A DNA stretch of 64,000 nucleotides from Lytechinus pictus (taxonomy: Eukaryota). Made by a program: the position numbers and the translations under genes. The stretch is from NCBI RefSeq assembly GCF_037042905.1, contig NC_087252.1:17238001-17302000 (forward strand). Direction: 5' to 3'. Shown here piece after piece: positions 12,201 through 25,052 of this stretch. Each line of letters begins with the position of its first letter. Within the stretch, counting starts at the first letter, position 1. The notes below the pieces were generated by a model that was given only the letters and a program-made list of their open reading frames with translations, ran no database searches and was not told where the DNA came from.

Positions 12201-15200
12201 CATGACCAAGGTCAAAGGTCATTTAGGGTCAATGAACTTTGGCCGAATTGGGGGTATCTGTTGAATTACCATCATAACTTTGAAAGTTTATGGATCTGAT
12301 TCATGAAACTTGGACATAATAGTAATCAAGTATTACTGAACATCCTGTGCAAGTTTCAGGTCACATGATCAAGGTCAAAGGTCATTTAGGGTCAATGAAC
12401 TTTGGCCAAATTGGGGTATTTGTTGAATTACAGCCATAAATTTGAAAGTGTGTTGGTCTAGTTCATAAAACTTGGACATAATAGTAATCAAGTATCACTG
12501 AACATCCTGTGCGAGTTTCAGGTCACATGATCAAGTTCAAAGGTCATGTAAGGTCAAAGAACTTTGGCCACGTTGGGGGTATTTGTTGAATTGCCATCAT
12601 ATCTCTATAAGTGTATTGGTCTAGTTCATAAAACGTGGAAATAAGAGTAACCAAGTATCACTGAACATCTTGTGCGAGTTATAGTAGTTTTCAAAATCAG
12701 CACTGCTGCTATATTGAATCGCGTGATGCAGGTGAGACGGCCAGAGGCATTCCACTTGTTATGATTAATTAAGCATTTGATTGAAGACAATGCAATCAAT
12801 CGTAGGAAAAATGTTCTACAATGATTGATGTCATGCCCTTATGCCCACATATTTATTTTGATGTTTTTTTCTATACAGGCACGTCTGTCACCAGTCACAA
12901 GAATGATAGAAGATGCGATAGCCTTGGTGGATGGACAGCTAAGGTCCGGATCAGAACTTCTTGAAAACCAGCAGATGAAAGTAAGAATGCTATAAAAAGG
13001 ACCTTTACCCCAAACAAGCATCACTCGTCACATGATTATGTTAAGGGTGGCATTACTGGTGGAGGGGAAAAATGTAATCCCCCCCCCCCCCCCAAGATAT
13101 TTATTAGAGTTACTACATGTATTATGAAAAATAATAATCGCACAAGAGAGGGGAAAAAGGAAAGAAAAATAAGAAGGCCTGAAAAGAGATGAATTGGATG
13201 CGTAATAGTTCCATTAACACCCCTATTCTGGGGGAAAATAATTCAAACTTATGTGTATTTCAGAGTCACCCCCCCATCCCTGTTTACCATCATAATACCC
13301 CATCACTACCCTCTCGTACTTTACTTGGCATCATGAGAGACAAATTCATTTATCAGGTTAAGAGATATGTTCAGTAGAGTTTCTTGAAGCATTGAAAAGT
13401 ACAAGGTTAAAGATAAATGTCAGATGTACAACGATACCAAAATGAGCGCGTAGATGCATGTTTTTGATGGAATAATTCATTCAAACCCTTTCGATTATAA
13501 TTTTATATGAAATTTCACGTATACGGGATATCTTAAACTCATATCGTTTTTCATATCTTCCATTGTAGAAGAAGTCTGGTAAGAAAGGGAGTACAGGCTC
13601 AAACGAAGGCAGCACACACACGGTGGAACTTGTTACGGATAAGGTAATAACATAAACAAGTACCATTTGAGCTAATTATTGGTTTGCTAATGGGGGGGGG
13701 GGCTGAGTCATAGAACGGTTTGTAAGTGATGCATGACTTTTAGTTTGTTTCCATGTGTTGATTAATAAGATTCAGTTCAGTTTACTAATTAAAGGGGAAT
13801 CCACCCCAAATAAAAACTTGTTTCTAGAGGAAAAAAGAAAAATCAGACAAGTTGATAGGTGAAAGTTTGAACTATATCGGACAAACAACAAGAAAGTTAT
13901 GAAAAGTTGTAAATATCAGTAATCACTATACACATCGAGACTTCAAATCGGCTTCACATGTGATGTCATGGTGATGTAAGGCAAGGACTACGGTACTCTT
14001 CCATATACTCCAATACATACATGTATAATGGCTAAAATGTAATTTTATTCAAAAGTTTCACTTCAAATTATATTTTTCTTTCATGAGGACATAAAGCAAT
14101 ATACTACCTGGGTTATATTTAGATTACTGCCCCAGGGGAATATGTACCAAGGAGAAAACTACAAATCCCTGATAATTAAGTACATAGCCTGTGGAAAAGT
14201 TGTCCTTGCCCCTTGTCATAATCTACTTGCCCAGTTGCCAATTTGAAATCTACATTGTCTTAGGGATCTCAGTTTTGATACAGCCATAACTTTCTTATTG
14301 CTCGTCCGATTTCATTCAAACTTTCACCATTCTGTCTTATTTATTCTTCTCCATTCCAACACAGCATTTTAAGACCAAGGCTGTATTCCCCTTTAATTAA
14401 TTAACCTGTTTGAGACAGAGTCTGTATATATAGTGCGTCCCACACAAAAAAACGAAACTGAGATTTAGCGATAATTTATCATAGCTTAATCATAAATGAA
14501 ATAGACAAATGACCTACCAATGTAAAGCTTAGAATCTCTTGTTTCATCTGATATTACTTAGATTATTCCTCATTCACTCATGAGTGAGCAAAACAATTTG
14601 AAGAAAGGATACCAAACACTCATTTGGCAGGGGGTATCTGAATTTCAAAAAGAAAATCAAATGCCTAAAAAGTTCAATATCTGCTCTTTTATTTGATACC
14701 TTAATCACATAAAATGGTCAAGAAGTAAAAAAGTTATGTCCTCTCAAAACAATGCTTGTATTTCCATAATTTTGTAAAATAAACGTGTTTTCATCGGTTT
14801 CCTATAGAAGCTATTTGTGATTAAGTTATGATAGATCATCGATAAATCTCGGTTTCGTTTTTTGTGGGATGCACTGTATAATGCGGGCAGGAGTCGGTGG
14901 AGATCATGTGTTATAGGGAAATCAGTCTCCAACGGATTAATTCATTAATTTCTTTGGATGTTATATATCACAGCTTATTTGTGTTTTTATTCTACTCCTT
15001 GATTAGAATGATTTGAGCAGTAAGTCTAAAGATGTGGAGAGGGGAACTGTTCAAGCCAATATATACATCACAGGAACAATGTCCTCAAGGGCATTTGTGG
15101 ATCCAAAGGCAACCGTTGACGAGGCTATACAGGTATGTGCGTGTCTCTATAGGGTTCACGCCTGTAAGTATTTCCCCATAGATATGTGTGAAAAATGTGA

Positions 15201-15710
15201 ACCAGCATCCTTGAGGTGGAACGTTGTGGCCCAGTGGATAATTCTTTAGACTTTGAAGCAAAGGGTCACGGGTTCAAATCCCAGTCTTGGCGTAAAGGAG
15301 GAAAGAATTAGAAAAAAAAATATTAAAAGAATGAATGACAGAAACAAGAAATGAGGAAAGGAAAAAAATGTTCTTGTATGCATTAGAACTGATTCCCTGA
15401 TATTATCATTGCAAATTCTATCAATACTATCTTCATCAATGACAATTTGTGAAATTCAACACCATTATCATCAGCATCATCACCACCACCATCAATGTCT
15501 TCATCGTCATCCTCACCATTTTCATCATAATGAACTTTATCATCATCAATATACCACATCACAGTCACCATCATCATCATATTGATTGTCATTATCTTCA
15601 TCATCATCATCATCACCACCATTATCATCATCACCATTATCATCATCACCACCATTATCATCATCACCACCATTATCATCATCACCACCATTATCATCAT
15701 CATCACCATT

Positions 15711-15741
<31 letters not shown>

Positions 15742-18700
15742 CCATCACCATTATCATCATCATCATCATCACCATTATCATCATCACCATTATCGTCATC
15801 ACCACCATTATCATCATCATCACCATTATCATCATCATCACCATTATCATCATCATCACCATTATCATCATCATCACCATTATCATCATCACCATTATCA
15901 TCATCATCACCATTATCATCATCACCACCATTATCATCATCATCACCATTATCATCACCATTATCATCACCATTATCATCATCACCATTATCATCATCAT
16001 CACCATTATCATTATCATCACCATTATCATCATCATCATCATCACCACTTCACAGTCACCATCATCATTATATTGATTGTCATCATTTTCATGATCATCA
16101 TCGCCATCTTAATGATGTTCATCATCATTATCACCATATCACAGCCACCATCATCATCATCATTGTCAATATCATCATCACAGCCACCACCTTAAAGAGA
16201 AATTCCAGTATTTGCAGTAAACACTGATTTCATGAGAAAGTCTGTAAAACAAGGCTTAATTGTCAGTATATCATCGAGGATCTAGATCTGGTACAGTTAC
16301 ATAAACTGAACTTCGTGAAATCTTGAAATCTACGCTGAAAAATGTTCAGACTGAAGATCCCCAACACAGATAAGCGCACGTAGGACAGTGTATAATTATT
16401 GCTTTGAATGTCGGGCCCGACGCTCTACCCGAGTCCTGTGCTTATTTGCTGATTTCTCAGCAATTACACAATTTCTTCCAGAATCCTTTGGCACATACAT
16501 TTTATTTATACAAACAGACACTACGGTGGTCATTTCATTGGATTCTGTACGAACTCATTTTGATATCGTTACCAAAACTAGCATTTACCTTTAATCATCA
16601 TCACCATATCACAGCCACCATCATCATCATGACTTGCATCTTCATTGCCATTGTCATTATGACGTTGGCTTCCTATCAACCAGAGGATCGCCCATAAACT
16701 TGGGGTTCTCATATTTAAAGCACTCACCCTACATAACTGAGCTCTCAGCACAAGCCAACACACAGTCTCAGATCAGCAGACCAAGCATTGCTGACCAAGT
16801 TTCTCAGCTACACAACCTGGGGTGACAATGCCTTCTACATTTCTGGACCAAAGCTGTGGAATAGCCTTCCCAATTTATCAAGAGGGGAGAGACCCAATCA
16901 AGTTTTGAGTCTTAACTGACAATCTTCGTGTTCCCCACTCCAAGTTTATCCCAAGAATAACATAACTAGCACTACTAGGATAGTATTTGAATTGAATGAT
17001 GAATATTATAAGCACTGTTTGTATACATTGAAATTTTTTTTTGAGCAACAACATGAGCGCCCAGTACATCATCATCTCCGCTATCAGTCTTTCATCATCA
17101 TCATTATCAGCGCCATCTTCATCAACATCCTCATGACTATCATCCTCCTCATTCATATTTCTCTAGCTATGTCCCTGATAATATTTGTAGTTCTGAATCA
17201 CTTGATCTTTCATCTGTAAGCCTGTATTTCATTTTTTTTAGGCAGTCAAAGAAGATCTCCTGCGTACAGTCCACGCTAGGTTTGACCTCTTAGCTAGTGA
17301 CCTTCGACAGAGCAGCGGCGATGAGGAACTGAAAGAAACACAGATCGGTAGGGTATCCTTGAATTGCAATACATAATCCCAGTTAAAGGGGAAATTCACG
17401 CTTGACAAAAAGTTATTTGTAAAAATGATTTTAAAAAATTGCCGAGGGCTTGAGAAAATTCCATCAAATAATACAAAGATTTATTAGAATTTAAATTATT
17501 TGCTTTGTGACATCACATGCGAGCAGCTTTATCAGTTTAAAAGTTAAGAATAGCTTTTTCAAGCTCAATACAAATCTCAACATTCATTTGTGGTGGACTT
17601 ATTGTTGGTGTTGGGTTGGCAGGCCACACACAGTGGGTGAGAAATGAAAGCTGTCATTAAATACGCATAACACCCTAACAGCCGACTTCCTGCAATAAAA
17701 GACTACAGACCTTTGACAAGGTTCCTTTCTAAAGATCACCTTCTGACGTTCAATATGTCGTTGTTTCTCTCTCCCATGCTCTCAGCTCCACCCACTGTCA
17801 TAGCTACACCCAGGCGTATCTATGCTAGACTCCGAACCAGCCCCATCCTGGTGTCCGACTATGCCTTTGCTGAGGAGCAGGCAGGGGAGATAGCAGAGAG
17901 AATGGCAGAACTCCTGGATGTGGAGGTTAGCGAGGAAGACCTGGACCTTGACACTGAAGCATTACCAGGTAAAGCTAGGAATGGTTTGTCCACAGGGGGG
18001 GGGGGGGGGTCATTGGACAGTGGACATCATCCATGAAAAAAAAACCTGGAAAAAAAGGTGTTTTTCGCGGGAAGAGCCAAAAGCGCCCAAAATGAGAAAA
18101 TAGCCACAAAAATTACAATGGCCTAAGACACAGATAGAGTATGTAATTTGCAAATCAGTGTCCTAACTGCCTGCCCTTGAATCCTTGTTTAGGGTTGCTT
18201 TTTTCAGGACTATTCTGGCAAATGCTGTCCACTGGTTGAAAACACAATTTGCATTGACTTTGTTACACAAAATCAATTATTGAGCAATATTTGGTCCGAC
18301 ATGCACCAGTTTACAAAATGTTGCGTGATTTTGGATCTGTGTACCGGGGCATCGCAAAATTGGTCTCAAAAGTTGCGCTAGACTTGAAACTAAAGTCAGT
18401 GAATGGCGCGTTAAAAAGATTTCACATGGTGAAAATATTGCACAAATTGTTGAGGGGGGCCTCCGAGGCCCCCCCGGCCTAGATAGAGTAAACATGTATT
18501 TTTTTCATGTTATATACTCTCACTGTAATAGTTATTTTTGTTATATATGTGCCACACCAATGATGAATTGTTGCTCTATATTGGTGAATAGACAGACATG
18601 TACATGTATGGAGTAATTATCAACTGAATAGTTTAAAAAAATTATATTACATAGGTCCTGTCTTACAAAGAGTTACGATTGATGCTATCAATCTCAACTC

Positions 18701-20783
18701 TATGGAAATCCATCCATACCATAATTTTGTCTACAGGAAATTTGCAAAATCTCCTTTAATAGTAAACAAAGAGAATCACACTGAATTTTCAAGAAAACAA
18801 TGAATGCATGAATGTACATCATAGTCAGAAAATATATTGAACAAACATGCATAATAGATGTTGATGTTCCTGGCTTTCCATAGTTGTGATTGATTGGATC
18901 AATCGCAACTCTTTGTAAGATGGGGCCCTGAACTCCACAATAATGGCTAATATTTAAACTTTATGGTATGGCTCCCTCTAACCTTCCACAGATGAGAGTC
19001 TACTGAACCCTTCTGACAATGGCGTTGATGAAGAAGAAGGGGAACTGAATGTATCAACTAGATCAAGCAAATCATTACAATATATGGGTGAGTCTCCTTA
19101 ATATATGTAGCGTTGTGGCCCAGTGGATTAGTCTTCTGACTTTGAAACAGAGGGTCGTGGGTTCGAAATCCCAGCCATGGCGTAATTTCGTTCAGCAAGA
19201 AATTCATCCACATTGTGCTGCACTCAACCCAGGTGAGGTGAATGGGTACCTGGCAGGAATTTATTCCTTGAAATGCCACCGCGCTGTAAAAGGTTGCGGG
19301 GCTAAGGCCGGGGTAATAATATCCAAGTCCTTTGGAAGCGCATAGGGACGTTATGACATAATGTGATATGCGCTATACAAGAACTGCGTTATTATTATTA
19401 TTATTATCCTTTGCTTTGTCTTGCATAATTCTCCTTGTCTATCTCTCATAGTTTTATGTTTGATTTATTTGAACCAGGGGCCCATTTCATAAAGGACTTG
19501 CAACTGTTGTAACTTTGCCATTATGGCAACTACCATGGTAACAGGGCTCATCAGCCAATCAGAATCAAGGTTACCATGGTAGTTGCCATAATGGCAAAGT
19601 TACAACAGTTGCAAATCCTTTGTGAAACGGGCCCCAGGATTGGTTTGCACAGATTTAATCGTGACTAAAAATCACACTTTTTTAGAATCTATATTTGTTT
19701 ATTTGAGAAAGATATCAGAAATACAAATCCGAAAATTCATTTTGCCCAATTGAAGGTGGGTCTAGCAGCCACTGAGCAGCGCCAAATCAACGTTGCTCAA
19801 TTCCGTAAATCGTTAAATTCCAAACAGGATAGCAGCAACTCCAATCTGTTATTGTCTTTTTGTCTGACGCGGCTGGGGCTTGAACTCCAGACCTCCAGAC
19901 CTGAGGGGCTTGAACTCCAGACCAAAACTACTTGCCCAAATTGGGCAAGCAAAATTCACGCAGTAGAAAGCAGAATTCTCACAGAAGAATTACCAAAATT
20001 AGGGTCAATATATGATATTGACCCTAATTTTGGTCATTGCAGGCAAGATAAAATCACTTTGGAAAAAGAAATGCAATAGCAAGGTATATCAGTTCATGTC
20101 AAAAGAGAGAAAAGGGTCAATGGTTTAAAAAACGGCAAAATTTTTTTTTGAAGAGATAAAACTTTTTTTTCAATGATTTTTTCGGGCAAGTGAAATAGAT
20201 TTTTGGGCAAGTATATTCTAACTAATTAACAATGTACTTGCCCGACCGGGCAAGCGCTTCTAACAAGTTATGTAGCACCCTGCTTAAAAGTTATGACACC
20301 GATGGATTTCCATAGACTTATGTTTGATTGGATCAATTGTAACTCTTTGTAAAAACGGGGCCCTGAAACTGGGCTGAACTTCTAAAACCGTTGCCACATG
20401 GAGCAGTATGAACAACATAAGGAGAACCAACCCTAGTAGGTGTTTCATAAAACTGTTCGTAAAGTTACAACTGACTTTATGCAGGGAGCTACACACCATA
20501 TTGTCAAGAAAACAATGACACTTTGGAATATACATCTGAAAATATTTGAACAAACATACATTTCAGATGTTGATGATGCTGGCCGTTGATAGTTGTGGCT
20601 GATCGGATCAATCGTAACTCTTTGTAAGACGGGGCCCAGACCTATGAATCTCCATCATTAAGAGAATAATCTGATTACATCCAATCCTCTTTCTATCTCC
20701 TGTTCCCAGGTGCTGCTGCCGTGGGTTTGCTAGGAGCAGCTGTAGCCGGAGCTATGTCATACCTTGCCATCACCCAAGATTAA
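3133..20783 (+). CDS. ODR4: Protein odr-4 homolog, 5'-partial; exons 3133-3264, 4072-4280, 8574-8610, 9769-9909, 12879-12980, 13569-13643, 15007-15132, 17242-17347, 17786-17968, 18992-19087, 20710-20783
   Basis: Exons join in frame at AG/GT sites. Translation has motifs I recognise from ODR4: CSSQKD, EQWVAEHARQV, MLPGG..V.GVF, LHICSTT, ARPAD.KYQ, QAVKED, R..A.......DY.F..E and a C-terminal hydrophobic tail. Confidence 0.92.
3320..3637 (+). mobile_element. 3' fragment of the Helentron/HINE-like element
   Basis: Shares aaggtcatttagggtcaatgaactt and the atgcaggcgaga...ttccacttgtt end with 11809-12760. Confidence 0.7.
4072..4280 (+). CDS. ODR4: ODR4 exon (VTCMLPGG...LHICSTTRK)
   Basis: cttag| acceptor; ends at U12-type donor GTATCCTT. 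Confidence 0.92.
4359..7408. mobile_element. 3.05 kb non-autonomous TIR element, 7-bp TSD (P-like)
   Basis: TIR CAGGCATGAGAAT...ATTCTCATGCCTG; TSD AGTCAAA at 4352-4358 and 7409-7415; no transposase ORF. Confidence 0.8.
6376..6780. mobile_element. MULE-like foldback MITE built of 16-bp tandem units
   Basis: (ttccgaaggttcgtaa)n mirrored by (ttacgaaccttcggaa)n; flanking direct repeat GATGTCAATG at 6366-6375 and 6781-6790. Confidence 0.8.
7490..7722 (-). mobile_element. SINE fragment with Deu/Nin-type core
   Basis: Minus strand gcacgttaagaacccactgcactattcgaataagagtaggggg..ccccggtgt resembles the DeuSINE/SINE3 core; (CAT)n tail. Confidence 0.65.
7806..8105 (+). pseudogene. Decayed duplicate of the ODR4 exon 3' end plus intron start
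   Basis: gattcaagacgggat..gtgcttcatatctgtag.acaaccagaaagt..cttgataaaactgat matches ~4220-4300; rest matches 7409-7485 and 7725-7785. Confidence 0.85.
8574..8610 (+). CDS. ODR4: ODR4 37-nt exon (TTCKTINVLDHK)
   Basis: Restores frame between flanking exons; resembles the vertebrate IFCRTYDIHDPK segment; |gtaagt donor. Confidence 0.82.
8878..9272. mobile_element. 395-bp Kolobok-like MITE nested in another TTAA element starting at 8634
   Basis: TTAA at 8874-8877 and 9273-9276, AG...CT termini; inverted homolog at 16196-16590. Confidence 0.8.
9769..9909 (+). CDS. ODR4: ODR4 exon (CTARPADLKYQ...)
   Basis: ttgcag| and |gtaagt, 141 nt. Confidence 0.9.
9931..11183. mobile_element. Tc1/mariner-like MITE hosting a nested element
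   Basis: TA|CAGTGGTGCTCAA.AGTTAGTGAAC ... GTTCACTAACTTTTGAGCAC..CTG|TA. Confidence 0.75.
10041..10815. mobile_element. TIR element with 8-bp TSD (hAT-like)
   Basis: TIR AGGGACAGTGATTTTCCG; TSD ACATAATT on both sides. Confidence 0.8.
11283..11420 (-). mobile_element. Second Deu/Nin-core SINE fragment
   Basis: Homologous to ~7635-7720. Confidence 0.6.
11809..12760 (+). mobile_element. Helentron/HINE (DINE-1-like) element with ~180-bp internal tandem repeats
   Basis: Subterminal IR GTCTCACCTGCAT (11814) / ATGCAGGTGAGAC (12726), (GGC)n near 5' end, about 5 repeat units, inserted in a T-run without TSD. Confidence 0.75.
12879..12980 (+). CDS. ODR4: ODR4 exon (ARLSPVTRMIEDAIALVDGQLR...)
   Basis: atacag| and |gtaaga, 102 nt. 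Confidence 0.85.
13569..13643 (+). CDS. ODR4: ODR4 exon (KKSGKKG...VELVTDK)
   Basis: ttgtag| and |gtaata, 75 nt. Confidence 0.8.
13793..14392. mobile_element. Kolobok-like MITE
   Basis: TTAA|AGGGGAAT...ATTCCCCT|TTAA. Confidence 0.75.
14431..14876. mobile_element. Tc1/mariner-like MITE
   Basis: ~65-bp imperfect TIRs ending CACTG|TA; related degenerate copy ~22800-23290. Confidence 0.75.
15007..15132 (+). CDS. ODR4: ODR4 exon (...ITGTMSSRAFVDPKATVDEAIQ)
   Basis: gattag| and |gtatgt, 126 nt. Confidence 0.87.
15400..16190. repeat. Compound CAT/CAC/TAT microsatellite with 12-18 bp higher-order units
   Basis: Direct inspection. Confidence 0.95.
16196..16590. mobile_element. 395-bp Kolobok-like MITE, same family as 8878-9272
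   Basis: TTAA at 16192-16195 and 16591-16594. Confidence 0.8.
17242..17347 (+). CDS. ODR4: ODR4 exon (AVKEDLLRTVHARFDLL...)
   Basis: ttttag| and |gtaggg, phase 0/1. Confidence 0.87.
17786..17968 (+). CDS. ODR4: ODR4 exon (...TPRRIYARL...SDYAFAEE...)
   Basis: ctcag| and |gtaaag, phase 1/1. Confidence 0.88.
18992..19087 (+). CDS. ODR4: ODR4 exon (acidic linker)
   Basis: ccacag| and |gtgagt, phase 1/1. Confidence 0.8.
19110..19407 (+). mobile_element. tRNA-derived SINE with (TTA)n tail
   Basis: A box tggcccagtgg, B box ggttcgaaatcc, L2-like tail; head-only copy at ~15220-15295. Confidence 0.8.
19478..19634. mobile_element. PIF/Harbinger-like palindromic MITE
   Basis: GGGCCC termini, ~65-bp arms, CAG on both sides; related GGGCCC-ended MITEs at ~11595-11750, 18654-18930, 21038-21175, 22493-22765. 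Confidence 0.75.
20710..20783 (+). CDS. ODR4: ODR4 last coding exon, transmembrane tail (GAAAVGLLGAAVAGAMSYLAITQD*)
   Basis: tcccag| acceptor, hydrophobic tail, TAA at 20781-20783. Confidence 0.88.
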
Positions 20784-20789
20784 TGGCCG

Positions 20790-21545
20790 CACATCTCCAT
20801 CCCCTCTCCTCTCCAAGCCCCACCCACCCTCGCCCAATATTCTATCCATCCCCTGTTTTTGTTTCTCTCTTCCCTGATCATCCCCTTTTCATTCTACCAC
20901 CTGCTGCTACCCCCCCCCCTTTCTGCCTTCCCCTTTCTGCTTCCTTCCTCCTCCATCCCCTCCACCTTGTCATCATCCCTACGCATCTAATCCTCTTTTC
21001 CCCTTTGCACCCCCCTTCCCCCCTCCCCGACTCCTCCTGGGTCCCGTAACACAAAGGTTTATTAGCGATTGATCGTATGCTTGATTTTTACGATTGATCG
21101 TACATTGTAGTCAATGGAATCAATCGTAGAAAAATTTTCTACGATCATTGCTAAGTTTTTTGTTTCGGGCCCCTGGTCATCTTCCCTCTTCCCCACATGT
21201 ACTTCCCCTCCCATTTCCCCTCCCTCTCCCATTTTCCCCTCTTCTGTCATTTCCACTTCCTCTCCCTCCCATTTTTACTTCCACTTTTCCTCCCCTTCCA
21301 CTTCCCCTCTCCTTCTATTTCCCTTCCCCATCCAATTTCCCCTCCCCTCACATTTCCCTTTCCTCTCCCATATCCCCTCCCCTCCCATTTCCCCTCCCCC
21401 TCCAATTTCCCCTCCCATTTCCCATTACCCCTCTCCCTCCCATATCCCCTCCCTCCCATGTCCCCACCCACTACCCCTCCCATTTATCTTTGTCCTCTCT
21501 CCCTATCTCTTCATGTACTCCACTCCCCTCCTCTTTTTTTTTCAT
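20790..21545. repeat. C/T-rich low-complexity tracts downstream of the ODR4 stop
   Basis: Direct inspection. Confidence 0.85.
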
Positions 21546-23567
21546 TTCTTTAAACACACAGGCTTCCTCAGATTTGGTGCAATAAAGCTTAGCAACACTT
21601 TCCTGTACAAAGTAAATGGGATATAAGGCATCAACTTAACCCTTTGCTTAATGGAACCAAATTTTCTCTCTACAAAATCTATGGGAATTTTTTGGGGTTA
21701 AGTTCTTTTATGATTATTACAGAGGGAAAAGTACTGTGAACTGACTGTAAAAAAAGGGTTACAGAGGCAAGTAACTGGTAACTGATCAAATTCTTCAAAA
21801 AAAGCACAAATAAATAAGAAAATTGCACAAAGTGTAAACTCTTTGGAATCGCACAGACAAACTTGGCATGACTTGCAAGATATTCATCGTCATCTGGGCA
21901 TTTACCTTGAGTAATACATGTAGCATTATACAGTATTATGATGCCACAAGTTTGTGTGCACGGCTTTGGAAAAACTTTAGACTCGAAGCGTATAGTACGC
22001 ACCTGTTGTCATGGATGACAATGCAAATATCCAAGCATTGTTTGGCAGTAGCTGAATGCGACTTCATGAGTTTTAGGGGAAGATATTAAACTTTTTTCTC
22101 TTTCTTTTTATATCTTTTATTCTCTACATTCTTGATAGCATGGCTGCTTTTGACAGTAAATTTTCTATGAAATATATTATACTTTTTTTTCTTAGATATT
22201 ATGTTGAAATTAAAGAGACAATTGTATTTTCTTGTACAGAAAGCTATCAATGTATTATCGATGTATTAAACTGAATGGATAAAGAGTAGAGTTATTTTTA
22301 AATTTAGCTTTTTAGTTGGTATTTAAGTGCAACTTTCTTTCCAAAGCCATTTCGGGGATATTTTCATAGGCAGATTTTCAGTGACTTTCACTGACAACTG
22401 TTATAAACTATTGAAATCCTTTGATCTTATTGGTTGAGAGCAAATTGTTCAGTGGAAATCACCAACAAGACCCCTCATGAAACGCTCCCCTCTGGGCCCC
22501 GTCTTACAAAGAGTTGCAATTGATTCCATCAATTTAACCTCTATGGAAATCCATCAGTGTCATAATTTTTTCCACAGGAAATTTGCAAAATGTCCTTTTT
22601 AAACAAAGAACACACCAAATTGTCAAGAAATCAATGAATTTATGAATATACATTAATAACTAGGATTTTTTTTTTAACAAACATGCATTTTATATGTTGA
22701 CTTTTCTCGCTTTCCATAGTTGCGATGGATCGGATCAATCACAGCTCTTTGTAAGACGGGCCCATGGTCACACCTTACATTTGTTAATGTGTCTTGTGAA
22801 ATTGCATCCCAGAAAGAAAAAGGAAACCGGGATTTCCATGCCACTTTAAAGTCAAATGAATTCAGATATTTCATTTACATCATCGTACAATTCAATTATT
22901 CCTCTTAATTGATACCTAATATGAGACGAACACATCGCGCATTAATGAGTTTGAAATTTTAATGTCGAAATCAGGTTGTGCAGAAAAAAATTGGCAAGAT
23001 TGGGTAGCTATAACACGACCGTGCTTATTCGACGATTGACTCATTGGCATATAAGTTTCTCTTGCTGCTCCTTGAAATGAGAGTGGATTCAGATTTACGC
23101 ATGAGTGAATCGTTTCTGACATGCCTCAATATTTATTGTTTGTAATCTGCCATGCATGAATAATTTGCAAAGCTTTTGGTCTTGAAGTAAAGACGAGATT
23201 GTACTCTTACCATACGTATCATAGTAAAAACATATTTGTGAAATCTATCTCTGAAAATGGCTTCCCTTTTTTTGTAGGATGCTCTGTATATATATGTATG
23301 TTTGTCATCTCAATTTATTTCTTTTTCATGGGAAAATTGTACTGTTAAAAAAAAATATATATATACTATCCACTGTTAGCATTCCAAATATTCATTTATG
23401 AGATCATTGTAAAGCAAATGTTAATAAAATTTTAGAAATATTTTCTTCTTAAACTTGTACATTTTCTTAGTTATTATATGCTTTCCTTCATTTTCATTTT
23501 GTGTTTAATTATGATATTCCTTTCAAATCTTATCCCTTTTATTTGTTTTATCTTGTTTTATTACTCA

Positions 23568-24237
23568 TTTTTGTCTCGCCAGCATAGCAAAGCCAGAATA
23601 AAGGTGCTGCTTTTCCGATGGCGGCGTCGTCAACATCAAATCTTAACCCAAGGTTAAATTTTTGATTTGACATAACTTAAAAAGTATGTGGGCCTAGTTC
23701 ATGAAACTAGGATATAATGGTAATCAAGTATTACTGAACATCCTGCGTAGGGTTCAGGTCACATGACCAAGGTCCAAGGTCATTTATGGTCAATGAACTT
23801 TAGCCAAGTTGGGGGTATTTGTTGAATAACCATCGTAATTTTGAATTTTTATGGGTCTAGTTCATAAAACTTGGACATACGAGTAATCAAGTTTCACTTA
23901 ACATCCTGTGTGAGTTTCAGGTCTCATGACCAAGGTCATTTAGGGTCAACAAACTTTGGCCATGTTGTGGGTAATTGTTGAATTGCCATCATAACTTTGA
24001 AAGTGTATGGATACAGTTAATGAAATGTGGACGTCGGGGTAATCCAGTATCATTGCTCATCTTGCACAAGTCATGCGTCACATGATCAAGGTCAAATGTC
24101 ATTTAGGGTCAATGAACGTAGTAGCATATTATATGAAAGATGTTTTATAATTATATCATAGTCATTTGCAAAGTCAGCACTGCTGCCATATTGAATCGCC
24201 TAATGCAGGCGAGACTGCCAAACGCGCTCCACTTGTT
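23568..24237 (+). mobile_element. Second Helentron/HINE-like copy with fewer internal repeats
   Basis: Same ends and repeat unit as 11809-12760. Confidence 0.75.
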
Positions 24238-25052
24238 TGTAATATTAATTAATCCATTTCTTGTTTTTGTATTGTATATTTGTTTCTTTGTTTCCTTCCT
24301 ATTGTGTCACTTATTCTTCGTTTGTACATTATAAGGTAAATAAAATAATTTGAATAAACAGGATAGATAAACAGATTAAAAAACAAATGAATGCATATGT
24401 AATAAATGAATACACAATACAAAAAATAAAAATGTAAAACAAAAATATTTATCTTTTCATATTTGATTTGGTTATGTGTTTATTTGTTAGATTATTATTA
24501 TTTTTTTGTTCATTTAGATTGTTCATTGGGCCAGATGAACTCATGAAGCGTTGAAAATTTACCCATATTTACCAAATTATAAACCACGATTTATATGTTA
24601 ATTGATTTCTTTAATTTTGTCTTCTCTTTTCTCTTTTTTGGTGTTCGTTTTTTTTTTTTTTTATTTGTTCATTTATTTATTCATTATCTTATATATCTCT
24701 TTTTGTATGATTGTATTAATTTATTCATGTTATTGTGGGAAGGGATTCTCATCAGTCTTAAAATACATCTGATTAGCACTTCATTTTTTACAGTGTATTT
24801 GATTTCCTGATTTATATAGCCGACACCATTCTCTTTAATAGACTGTCTTGTGTTTTTATTAAGGGTACTCCTGGCTGAAAATAATATGATTTGAAGAAAT
24901 TAAGAAAAATCAGACAAGCAAAACACTGAAAATTTTTACCAAATTCGGACAAGAAATATCAAAGTTATGACATTAAACATTTGCATCATTTTGGTGAAAC
25001 AGTTCTATGCATATCTTCATGAATATTCAATGAGCAAACTGATTATGTCATA

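Noticed and set aside
15383..16227. Poly-His/Ile/Ser ORFs over 200 aa
   Set aside because: Intronic microsatellite open in several frames.
17353..17362. Second GTATCCTT U12-like donor
   Set aside because: It is phase 0 while the next exon needs phase 1; the GT at 17348 fits and no U12 branch site precedes 17786.
19110..19185. tRNA gene
   Set aside because: No clean cloverleaf or poly-T terminator; continues into a SINE body and tail.
21114..21626. Pro/Ser-rich ORFs after ODR4
   Set aside because: C/T low-complexity sequence downstream of the stop codon.
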